From Laetmonice hystrix (taxonomy: Eukaryota), in assembly GCA_965235115.1 (NCBI GenBank), contig OZ249436.1, positions 33,482,001-33,546,000 on the forward strand: a DNA stretch of 64,000 nucleotides, given 5' to 3'. Within the stretch, counting starts at the first letter, position 1, and every line of letters starts with the position of its first letter. Of this stretch, positions 14,001-24,290 are shown in pieces. The notes below the pieces were generated by a model. It was not told where the DNA came from, did not search any database, and saw only the letters and a list, made by a program, of their open reading frames with translations. The position numbers and the translations under genes were made by a program.

Positions 14001-16022
14001 TAGTTTAAATTAAACAGATTTGTGAGAGACAGTTAAATGTTTGACAAAATTGAGCAAAACTTGCAGTGACACTGAATTTGGAGAAACATGTAATCGATGC
14101 CTTTTTGGAGTTTGTTGTTGCTGAAAAAAAAATCCATTTAGCATAACAAATGTATTGGGTGTGAGGACTGTTTTGGTTGAGGTCAGGTTGGTTGTTTTAG
14201 ACACGCGGGGTCCAAGTGGTGATCGTAATGACCGCTATGGTGATAGCCGGGGCCCTTCAACACGAGACAGTTGGCACACGCCGGGCAGTTCAAGTGGTGG
14301 TGGAGGGGCTGGTGGTCTCCAGGACGACCGCTCAAGAAACAAGGGATACAACCCTGGCCCAGGCTTGCTAGGTAATCCTCACCTTGCCAAAAAGTACCAG
14401 CCATCCACAGGTGCGCATGAACCCTTACCCTGATGCCTCTCTCTCGCTCTCTGCTTTTTTAGAATGTGACTAGTTTGTCTTGCTGTATCATGTTTTGCTA
14501 ACTGTTATTGACAGTTCAGTGCTGAAGATTATCATTTTAGTGTCAAATTGTAAGGATTTTAGTTCAGTGTGTTGTGTCATGTTCTGTAGAACTATTTGCT
14601 GTTGTAGACTCAAATGATACACCCTGGTATGCACAATATATCCAGAAAGATAGTGTTGTACGTTTGTATATATGACTGTAAGTATCCAGTTGTAAATTAT
14701 GTTGCCTATGGCTGAGCAAGAAAGGTTTTTTAAAACTTATTTCTGATTCGGTTGTGTTGTTAGTTATTCTGTTTGGATCTTCATTAGTAAGAAAGACAAG
14801 AGAGAACATATTTTCCTATATGTCCAGGGATATATCTAGGCCGATTTGGAATGGCGGCCCGTCGTGCCCCCAACCAGCTCCGCCATCCATGCCCTTTTTT
14901 GCCCCAAAAGCCGCCACTGGTGCCTTTCTAACAACCAAAGATCCGCCGGTGGTGCCCTTATAATACTGCCACACATGCCCAGTGACTGCTGCGAATTGAC
15001 TGCAGTTTTAAGTGTACTACTGGTGAACCAGGGTATTTTAATGAGGCATAACCACAGATCATTGGGGAAGGAAGGTTTGAATTATTTGCTAAATTATTTT
15101 TGACACCAGATGCACAGAAGAACCAATGTTGTACTCGAGCTGATCAATTAACATGCGGTTAAATCTCTAGACTGTGCCCTGCACCTTAGAAGACTTTGTG
15201 TGTTCAAATGCCCCTTCAACATATCGTGCCCTTTTTTGGATATGAGCGCCATACCCTTTTAAAATCCTAGATATATCCCTGATGTCCACTTTGTATTTAT
15301 CCTTTAATCATGCATTTCACCTCAGAAAAGGAGACTAATTTCCTATATACTTAACTTATAAGGTGCGAATGTTGAATTAAAATGAATTATAATATTGATA
15401 ATATCTAGTGATCAGAGTCTTTCCATGTCAGTAAGTTATGGATGGCAGGAATGTTTGTGTCAAATGATGCTTTCAACAGCTTTTCCTCCTTTTCCTGCAT
15501 GGACGTTTGGCTGCTATAGACCCAACCAATGCTTTCTCTGCATTTAGATACCATGCTTTCTCTGAGGTGTGGAGACCAAAGCCTGGGAGACCTCATAAAA
15601 TGTCTCTACTACATCTGCATGGGATTTGTTGACTTTGGGGGAAATTCTTGCAATGATGAAAATGGTGTCTTCCAGGGAGTGCTCCAGGGGCTCGGGACCA
15701 GTGGGACCAACGCAATGACTCTGGTATGTGGCAGTCTGGCAAGGACACCTCAAGCATGGGCCGTCAGACGGACCGCTGGCCAGTATCCACCGGCAGTAGT
15801 GACCGCAGCACCAACATCCGACCACAACACGGGCACAGCCACAGCACGGGCACGGGTCTCGTCATGAACCCCCCGCTGATACAAAACCCACCTGCCAGTC
15901 AGACTTTCTTAACCTCAGCTGCCAATATCATGATGGGGGTGGGGTTAACTGGCAACCGCAACCAGGAGCCACGATATGATGCATATAAAAATATGTCAAG
16001 TGGCAATGTACGGCGGTACTGA
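2040..16022 (+). CDS. SAFB: Scaffold attachment factor B family (SAFB/SAFB2/SLTM orthologue), 5'-partial; the SAP-domain exons are not seen in the window
   Basis: Frame-consistent GT-AG exons: 2040-2065, 3626-3793, 4029-4103, 4330-4378, 5547-6129, 7053-7093, 7376-7482, 7677-7826, 8577(or 8541)-8676, 9248-9487, 9681-9859, 9999-10162, 10450-10590, 10692-10841, 11684-11842, 12582-12752, 12987-13204, 14201-14371(or 14410), 15676-16022 (TGA). The [83 protein letters not shown] is nearly identical to the vertebrate SAFB RRM as I recall it. It is followed by an E/R-rich coiled coil and an R/G/D-rich tail ending RRY. The 26-nt exon at 2040 is the least certain. Confidence 0.95.
2177..2476. mobile_element. 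MITE, CAGGGTTC-TIR family
   Basis: Perfect 13-bp TIR cagggttcccaca / tgtgggaaccctg; internal aaagtcatggaa repeats; no clean TSD. Confidence 0.8.
3123..3341. mobile_element. MITE with 6-bp TSD (hAT-like)
   Basis: TIR cagggcatccgccaga / tctggcggaaaccctg (14/16); perfect direct repeat caggcc at 3117-3122 and 3342-3347. Confidence 0.85.
10929..11223. mobile_element. MITE, CAGGGTTC-TIR family, 6-bp TSD
   Basis: Perfect 11-bp TIR cagggttcgta / tacgaaccctg; flanks aacgta and aatgta differ by one CpG-type change. Confidence 0.8.
13588..13887. mobile_element. MITE, CAGGGATGTGCCCA-TIR family
   Basis: Perfect 14-bp TIR cagggatgtgccca / tgggcacatccctg; a related truncated copy lies at about 46206-46388. 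Confidence 0.85.
14825..15281. mobile_element. MITE with 5-bp TSD (hAT5-like)
   Basis: Perfect 16-bp TIR cagggatatatctagg / cctagatatatccctg; direct repeat atgtc at 14820-14824 and 15282-15286. Confidence 0.88.
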
Positions 16023-17908
16023 GATGTGTCGGATGGAGAAATTCCGGATACATACGTCCATAGTTAAGCATTTTTCATGAATGTATGCCAATTACATATC
16101 TGGCTCTGGAATTTGAATCAGGATGATGATAAATTGAATATGTGGACTAATCCATGATAGCTTTCTGAAGATGATTATTGTGGCAGCAGCCTTTTTATGT
16201 TTTTGTTGAGTGTTGAATGAAGGATTTTTTTAAAGAAAGGTATGGTTTATGTGACAATAATTTGCCCTTCTATGTTATCACAGTTTAAAATTGTTATGAC
16301 GCGTTTGAATGATCAAAGCCTCATTGGACACGTTAAATTATTGAAAAGAAGGACCTAATACATTAAATATCGTTATTTGATGGTATTTCCGAGGGCGTTC
16401 CAAAAAATTATCAAGTCATCCAGAAACATGATTGATGGACTTGATTTTATGGTGGTATAGGATGTTGGAAATCTTAGTCCGAGGGTCCTGATTTAGAAAT
16501 GATTTCATTGTCTTTTTAGTTGCCAGTGCTCAAATTCCCGTTTACGTTTGTTTTGAATTTAAGAACTTGCCAGGAAAAAGTACAAGCATCTTCTTCCTAG
16601 CAGGATTTTACTATACTGATGTTGCCTTGTTGGTCAACATGGAAATTTAGAATTCAGCGTTAAACTCTGATGGAGGGCAAGTTTCTCTTGAGTCGAATTC
16701 ATCGCAATAAGCACACCATTTCTTGAAGGCAATTTATGCTGAATAAGGCGCCAGTCAGAATGACGCTTTCTGAAACGGGCTGAAGAAGATCAAGCTGTAT
16801 TAAATAGTGGTACCAGATATCATGTAGACATGCTTGTAACAGAGACCATATAGAGAGCCAGGGCAGTGAGCCCAGGTGTGAAAGGAGTTGTATACTCATA
16901 TACGTTAATTTAAGAAAGGTGTGGACTTGTGTCAATGTTGAAAATCCTGGTTTGCAACACAAGGGTAGTGCAACTGATGGGTGCTTGGCCCCCAGTTGGT
17001 TGATATCGCACGCGGCATGTATCTAGCAGCGTGGGAAGAATTTCTGGGCTTGAAGTGCAGAGCACTGCCATTGAACACATTCCTGGATGTGTGTACATAC
17101 AGTGTTAGACCACACTCTGTTTAGTGTTAGTACTCCCTCAAGAATATGTAGAACCAGAAGGTAGACGTAACGTTGCTGTCCGTGTCTGGAGATGATCATG
17201 TACATATTTTAGTCAGCTAGGTTTGCATTCTGTCGAGACCTTAGGGCCTGCACCTAGTTAGCGCACCGGAATGCCAAGCAGGATCACTGAGGCGCAATGT
17301 CTGTCAAATCAGATGTAGGGGTGGGAATGGGTAAGCTTTTAAAGGGAAGCTCTAAAACTAGTAAAAGATAGCTTTGCTTTCTTAGGGATCGTTGAGCAGG
17401 AATGACGAGGTGCTTAGAGATGACTTTTATCAAAGCGAAAGCTTTAGTCTTCAATACCTGGTTTTGTTCAAGTTCCCATGTGTTGTGGTAAATCTCATGT
17501 AAGTTGTGTTAACCAGGAAAAGGAAATCAGAATCAGTAGATCACAGTAATTTAAGGTTGAAGGAGATTCAGATCCCCATGATTGTGAAGCAGTGTTTACC
17601 CGCCAGTATATTTTTGGACTGAATTTTCTTTGACGAGGTAAGGACGAGCGAATACTTCATGACGTTCTATGGATGTCAAAGATCTGGTAAAAATTGACAT
17701 GTAATAAAATAGATTGAAAATGATCAGTTTGTTGTATTCTTTGTTGATTCTGATCTTTTCTGATCTGTAAGTTGGTGGCACAGTACCCTGCAGCGAGTTT
17801 TAAAACTTTCATGCCCTCGACACTAGATAAACCGTGGATGTAATCCCTTTTTTTTATGAATACTGACGTGAAGTTCCAAGTGCATAAAGGTTAAAAAAGT
17901 CGCTTTTA

Positions 17909-18173
17909 CATGGTTCCCACGGGTCCCGAAACGTCTGGAATTTTATATTGGGGCCTCCCGGGCCGGGAAAAGTCTAGGAATTGGATAAATATGTGCTCAA
18001 GTCCGGGAAAAGTTCGGGAATTTGACCAACAGACTCCAATTCTAGGTGGCCGATTTACAGTCTGGCCGACTTGGGGTACATGTTTAATTATCGTCAATCT
18101 CCCATGCTAAGAACATGGTCATGGAAAAAGTCGTAAAGATCTGGGAAAATTCCGCGATAGCGTGGGAACCATA
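17909..18173. mobile_element. MITE, CA(T/G)GGTTCCCAC family, 6-bp TSD
   Basis: TIR catggttcccacg / cgtgggaaccata (12/13); perfect direct repeat ctttta at 17903-17908 and 18174-18179. Confidence 0.85.
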
Positions 18174-18487
18174 CTTTTAACATATACTTTGCATTGATGA
18201 TCCAATACTGTAGTTTTAAAAGAAACGTCCACCGTCCACAGGCCGTGATATTCTAAACAATTTAAAAAAGATTTGAACACACTGCAAAACACTCCCAAAG
18301 AATTGAATAAGTCTTCCATGACGAAAACACGTCTTAGAGATGCCCTCTCGAATTAAAAGAAAAGCCTGCTTTCAATATTCTCAAAATATATGTATAGCTG
18401 TATGGATGTTATGGCTAGTTCTCCTCTTTCATGCGAGTTCGATGGGGACTGTATGAAAAAAGTCATCAAATCGTCTTTTTCTCTTGT

Positions 18488-18718
18488 CATGCTGTCAGCT
18501 TTCCAAATTCCTGGTGGACCATGTTGAGGTCTCCTTCCATTTTTCTTTGCATGGGATATCGACGATGAAAGAATGGTACCCCGACTGTGAATATATCAGC
18601 CACCTAGAATTTGAGTCTGATTGCCAAATTCCCGGACGTTTTCTGGACTTTAGCGCATATATTTATAAAATTCCCGACCCAGAGATCCCAATATACAATT
18701 TCCAGACCTTTCTCGGAT
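18488..18718. mobile_element. Truncated copy of the same MITE family, closely similar to 20116-20401
   Basis: Shares catgctgtcagcttt...gaccatgttgaggtctccttccatttt...gcatgggatatcgac...aaagaatggtaccccgactg with 20116-20401. Confidence 0.75.
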
Positions 18719-19560
18719 CCAAATGCAACATAACCGTTTATTGACCAAAGTGATGCGTTTCGAGGCTATTTCTCGTCATTTAAAATTACAGGTCAAGGAC
18801 ATCAATAAAAATTGGAATTCTAGGGGACCAATAAAAATACATGAACTTAGACAAGTGGGTAAGATAATTCTTTATTTGCAGACCCAAAGCGTGGAGTTCA
18901 GCAGCAGGGCCCTACCAACATTGGTGAGCCTGGTGCTGCACACATTGCTGAATCTAACTGACTTTAGAAGCGACAATAGAAGAGTTTGGCTGCCATTGTA
19001 TAACCTTAATTTGATGCTACCTTTTCATATTTGTACACTATAGTGTACTCTGAATAATTAGCATTTCTTTTATTCCAAAATCTGGTCGTTGTTACACCTG
19101 AAAAGTTTATATGTAGTACATTGTTGTGTATATTGTGTATACTAAATCTCTCTGCCACATCGAGGTGACCACAGTACTGTGTCATGTAAGGATACACCAA
19201 GTAGTGCACATATCACAGTTAGAAATGACACAGAATTAACGCTGGCCAATCCAGGACGACCATATCGCTAGCCTACCATATGAAAAAAAATTATTATTTT
19301 CAAATCTAAGGTAATGTTTTAATGACGACTTTGGTTTGACTCAATACGGTGAATATTCAAACAAACAAATAATACTGAAATAACGTCCATGCATTTATCA
19401 TATTTACATACAGTTTATGACACATTATTCATTCATAATTTAACAATTTCCACCCTCACGTGAGAAATATCAGTATTTCTCAATGCGTTTTGATAACTAG
19501 TTGTCAGCCAATCAGAATTATTTTGTTAATCAATAGGAGGGCACATTTGTCTACTTTCTT

Positions 19561-22500
19561 TTACTGGTTGTATCCCTGCAGCTTCAGAGTGGACGGGTAC
19601 CGCGTGCGGTGGGTCGTGCACTTGTCCTTGTCGATGAAGAGCGAGTTTTTCTTCACTTGAATTTCCTTCTCTAGCCCCATGCGGTTGTCTTGGAGATCTT
19701 TGAGAGCGTTCTCAGCATCGTTGAGTTTCTGCATGAGAGCATCTACTGACTGTGCAATCTGGTTCACCTCCCCAACCAGGCTGAAAGAGGAAACAGAAAG
19801 CAGGTCAACCACAATAACTAGGAAGGCAAATTTTAAACACAATACAAATGAGGAGATCGAGTCGACACATAATCCATCTCCAATCTGCTAAGCTTTGAAA
19901 CATCAAGATTTAAGTTGGAAGTCAGAGGAACTCTCTGATGAAAAGTTCTACTATTTAAGAAATGGCTCACAAGAACTTATCAAATCAATATCATGGTCTA
20001 CGTCTAATTTGTGACATAGTTCAGAATATTAAAATTTTCAAACTCATGCCAAATAACTTTCTTTTTAGTGAGTCAAGGAACATAAATTCCTTCATGCAAC
20101 CATTATTATTGTTCACATGCTGTCAGCTTTCAAAATTCCTGAACTTTTCCCAGATCTTTATGATTTTTTCCAGGACCATGTTGAGGTCTCCTTCCATTTT
20201 TTCTTCGCATGGGATATCGACTATGATTAAAGAATGGTACCCCGACTGAATCAGCCAACTTGAGTGGTTTGTCAAATTCCTGGACCTTTCCCAGACTTTC
20301 CCCAGCACATATTTATAAAGTTCCCAGACTTTTCTGGCCCAGGAGGTCCCAATATAAAATTTCCAGACCTTTTCCAGTTTCCTAGATCTGTGGGAACCAT
20401 GCATGAAACATTGTTATTAGTGACATGTGAATTAGACTGATGTGTTCACTGTGATGGATTGAAAGAACTTGGAAGGGTAGAATGACTCTCCTGGCAGAGA
20501 TGACACAACTCACTTGTATTGCACAGGGTCGCGGCACAGGTCAACATTAGGACGGTTTTCGCGGACGTGAAGGCGTGTCTGAGCCACTTTCATGGGATCT
20601 TCTTTATCCTTGATTGCCTTCTTCAGGTCAGCGATGTTGTTCTCGGTGGCATTGATCTCATCACACACCTGTCACAGACACCATATGGTTGAAGCTGGCC
20701 AGGGAGTATGACACTTATATAATTTACAAGGCATTTATTAGCAATTATCAAAGTCTTGAGAGCACTTCTGACACTAAATGTCTTCTCCACATGAAAACAC
20801 TAAATTACCGTGAGATAATGAAGTACTGAATAGAAATTTAAGCAGACTTGTCATTACAAAGAGAATGGCTGATAAGTTAGTTGGCTGGAGATATATTAGA
20901 CCTACCTTTCTAAGATTCTCTTCCAGCTTGTTCTTTGCATCCTGCATCTCATCAACACGTTTCTGGAAGGCCACATCCACAGCATCAGCCTGCTCTCTCA
21001 TGTCACGCGATGTATCTTGCAGCACATTGTCAATCAGAGTGCGCAGTTGAATAGACGCCATGCGCTCATGCTCTGCACGTGTTATGTTGTCATGTGTGAA
21101 CTGAGCCCAAGACTCAGGAGTTGACTGGCTGCTCACAAAAAATACAGAAACAATTAGGTCAACATTTGGACGATTTCAAGAACAGAAGTTTGATAATTCA
21201 TTTTCCCTCCATGTATTTAAGTATTATTGAGGGTCTTTTGAAGCTTGCAATCTCTTAAGTTGCCCTGATGTGAGGAAATGTAGATTTCTGTCAGTCACCT
21301 GTTCTGTGAACTATGCATCCATTTACATGGCTTCTAAGTTTTCAGCTCAAACACTGAATCTCTGTTGCAACCAACAAGGTTCTAATGTTTTTAACACCTT
21401 GTATTATTTGTTATAAACTTTTTTTCAGAATATAAAATTTTACCATTAGCTGTGCACAATAACAGAAATAAAAATACTTCAATGCTAACATTTCTTGGAA
21501 TTTGGCAGATCCTGCAAAGAACTGTTTGTTGGTGTGCTCATTGCGAAGGCCTCCACAGAAGGCATCACATTCTTCAGCTTCCTTCTTGTCACTCCAGTCC
21601 AGTTCGAGCTCTTGTTTGCGATCACGATTACGCCTAAAAGAGAAAAATGGTCAAAGCATGGTATAAAAACATAGTCAGACCTCGTTAAAATCTGTGCTTC
21701 TTTAATCCGTATACCTCACAATCCGAACACACTTTCTGGTAACCTCTTCTACCCTTTTCTATTTACAAATGATTCAGTAATCTGCATGTTTTACAATTTG
21801 CGAACATTTTAATGGGCACCAAGCTGTTTGGATAAATGAGGTCTGACTCTAGGCCTAATTGATTCTTCTTTTCACCTTGCTGAAGAAGAAAAGAAGAGAA
21901 AAGAAGTTTTTCTACGATAAAGATACATTTACAATATCGCCATTGGAAAAAGCTAGAGCTGATAATAAGGCTGGTGAATTATAATTATAAAGTGCCTGTC
22001 TACAGCTTGACTACAGCATGTATACTGCAATTTTGCAGATCTTCCTACCTAAGGAACTTACTTGATCTGAGCATCTGTTTCTTTGATGGTTCTCTTCAAC
22101 AAATCTTGAACATTGTTGATCACCTCTACTTCCTGTTTCAACAAAGAACACATTTCTTCATTTTTCTCCTTTTCCCATTTTGTGATTGATTCTAATGCTA
22201 ATCCGATATCATAATCGGAATGACGAATGACCTGGAATGGCATAAGAACTGCTCCCTTGTCATTCTGAATAGATCTAGTGTCAATCGAATGACAAGGGAG
22301 CAGTTCTTATGCCAAATTTTTTTGGTCATTCGTTTTTTGATGTCATTCGTCATTCGGATTAGGGCCACCCATTTGGGGGACTGCGTAAACTGTAAAGTGT
22401 TAAGTGACCAGATTACGCCGAGGTTAGGACCAAACCCAGCTGTTCTCGGGGGTTCTTATGTTTTCTCTTGACCCACTTGCACATCCTATTACACAATTTA

Positions 22501-23108
22501 CAGCCAATACAGGGTCCCAATTACGAGTTTATGAACTTGATTTTTTACGATCCTACCTTTAACAGATTCAGTTCGACGTCATCCTGAACCAGGTCGACCC
22601 CCTGTCTTCTCTGCCGACAGTTGAGGTTGTCGGTGGCGATGTGTAGAGGAACTTCGGTGGCCCTCAGCGCGTTCTCAAGACGGTTTTTCTGAGAGAACAA
22701 CGAATCCGTTTCGGCGATCATGTCTTGAATTTCTCGGTTCAATTCGAACTTCCAGAAATTTATGTCCTTGAGCCGTTCGGCCAGTTTCTTCGTGCTTTCT
22801 GCTTGGGTCTTTTGGGTCGTGGAGTCGGTTTCCTTCGTCGTTCTTTTCGACTCGTGTCGCACACGTTCCGAGTTGTCTCGATCGGCAAACGCCTGGTAGT
22901 ACTTGGCATAGTTAGTTTCATGCCATTCTGGTGGATTGTACTTTGCTGATCTGTAACCCATGGTGGACATGCCCATATCATTTCCAACATTACCTGAATA
23001 TGTGGGTTCAAATGCAAACGTGGCCATGCCTGGTTGTGCAGTTGGTTTTTCCGGAGGCTGCTCTCGGCTGGCCAACATCGTGTCGTTCGGTCCCATTACT
23101 TCGGTCAT
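19561..23108 (-). CDS. TEKT4: Tektin-4 (tektin A-type axonemal filament protein), 454 aa, 6 exons
   Basis: Exons 23108-22557, 22132-22062, 21633-21490, 21128-20906, 20668-20514, 19780-19561 (1365 nt, in frame, TAA). Tektin signature RPNVDLCRD is in exon 5. YYQAFADRDNSERVRHES and ATEVPLHIATDNLNCRQRR match the TEKT4 subfamily as I recall it. Confidence 0.93.
20116..20401. mobile_element. Truncated MITE copy in tektin intron 5, retaining one TIR (tgtgggaaccatg)
   Basis: Homologous to 18488-18718 and, in reverse orientation, to 17909-18173 (ccaatataaaat..tccagac). Confidence 0.75.
22198..22362. mobile_element. Palindromic MITE in tektin intron 1
   Basis: Outer IR ctaatccga / tcggattag; perfect 28-bp inner stem 22238-22265 / 22287-22314; gaatgac repeats. 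Confidence 0.8.
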
Positions 23109-23289
23109 CGTTCTGCCGGGTATGCTTCACCTCCTGTGTTCCTTCGTGACTGCTTCTCTTCGGCCTTCGGTGCCAATGTCTTTTAGGTCCTTGACAACTC
23201 GACACTTTAACTTCCCTGCACCTCACACAGGCTTTTGATAAGGCCGACACGTTGTTGTCAACAAGGGCAACCACACCAAGCCACCCGTC

Positions 23290-23427
23290 GTTGCTATGTT
23301 ACGCCGACGCTCTCAGTGGAGGTCACGTGATGTAAACTTGGACTCGCCCGGAAGGGGGTTTAAAGCATGTCAGATTTAGAACCGTGCAAGTCACCAAACG
23401 ACGCTCAGTAACCGTTGTCTTGGCAAG
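23290..23427. promoter_or_regulatory. Candidate RFX X-boxes upstream of TEKT4
   Basis: GTTGCTATGTTAC 23290-23302 and GTTGTCTTGGCAAG 23414-23427 resemble the X-box GTTNCCATGGNAAC, 180-320 bp upstream of the ATG of a ciliary gene. Confidence 0.55.
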
Positions 23428-23663
23428 AGAGACGCACGGCATTACTATGGGGGGTAAGAAATTCTATGCGGCGCTTGCAAAATAGATTTTCAGTAGTGGC
23501 AGCCAGGCACAGTGCTGGACTAGTTTGGTTCCCACTTTCTCCGCTAGGGGCTACGCCATTTGACATAACTTCCGCAAGGTGGCGCCACTACATACTCTTG
23601 TCGCGCTTGCCGCCGAATCCATTCACAGACAGACCCCTGACCATATTTACCAGGGGCAGGTTT

Positions 23664-24032
23664 CAGGTCCGTAGCCGGGGGGGAGGGGGGGGGGGGGAGG
23701 TCGGACGACCACCACCACCCCCTCCAGTTGCTCATCCCTAAAATTTTCTTCCACAATTTAGTGCTGGATAGGCTCTGGGAAACCTTGGATTTATTTCCCA
23801 GATGCCAAGAAAACGCGTATTTGGCCCTGTAATTTACATTTTTTCCCCAGACCCCCCGCTCATGTCTTCGAGCCTTCGTCTTCTCCTGGATCCACCCATG
23901 ACTGACCCCCCCCCCCCCACTCAGAAATTTCTAGGTCGGCCCTGTCCTAGACTGCCCAACCATATCCTGTTCCGCCCATCGAAGTCCAGACCTCCCCCCC
24001 CCTCCCCACCTGGAAGGCTGACTACGGGCCTG
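23664..24032. mobile_element. G/C-tract MITE
   Basis: TIR caggtccgtag / ctacgggcctg; internal poly-G and poly-C runs. Confidence 0.65.
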
Positions 24033-24101
24033 TGTTTCGATCACTAAGTGGGGCCAATTATTTCCTCAAGTGTGTTCCTAACCCGGAGATCTCTCTAAGG
24101 C

Positions 24102-24290
24102 CAGGGGCGGATCAAATATTTTGCAAGAGGGGGTTCGATTTTTTTTCTAGGGTCCTTAGCTAGCCCTGTGCCCGAGGTAATTTCTTTTTTTCGTTGCTTT
24201 TCCCTCTTTTTTTTGTGGGGGGTGGGGGGGGGGGGGGGTTCGTACGAACCATTCGAGCCCCCCCCCCCCCCCCCTCCGGATCCGCGCCTG
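24102..24290. mobile_element. CAGGGGCGGATC-type MITE
   Basis: TIR caggggcggatc / gatccgcgcctg; flanks aaggc / aagtc (possible 5-bp TSD, 4/5). Confidence 0.7.
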
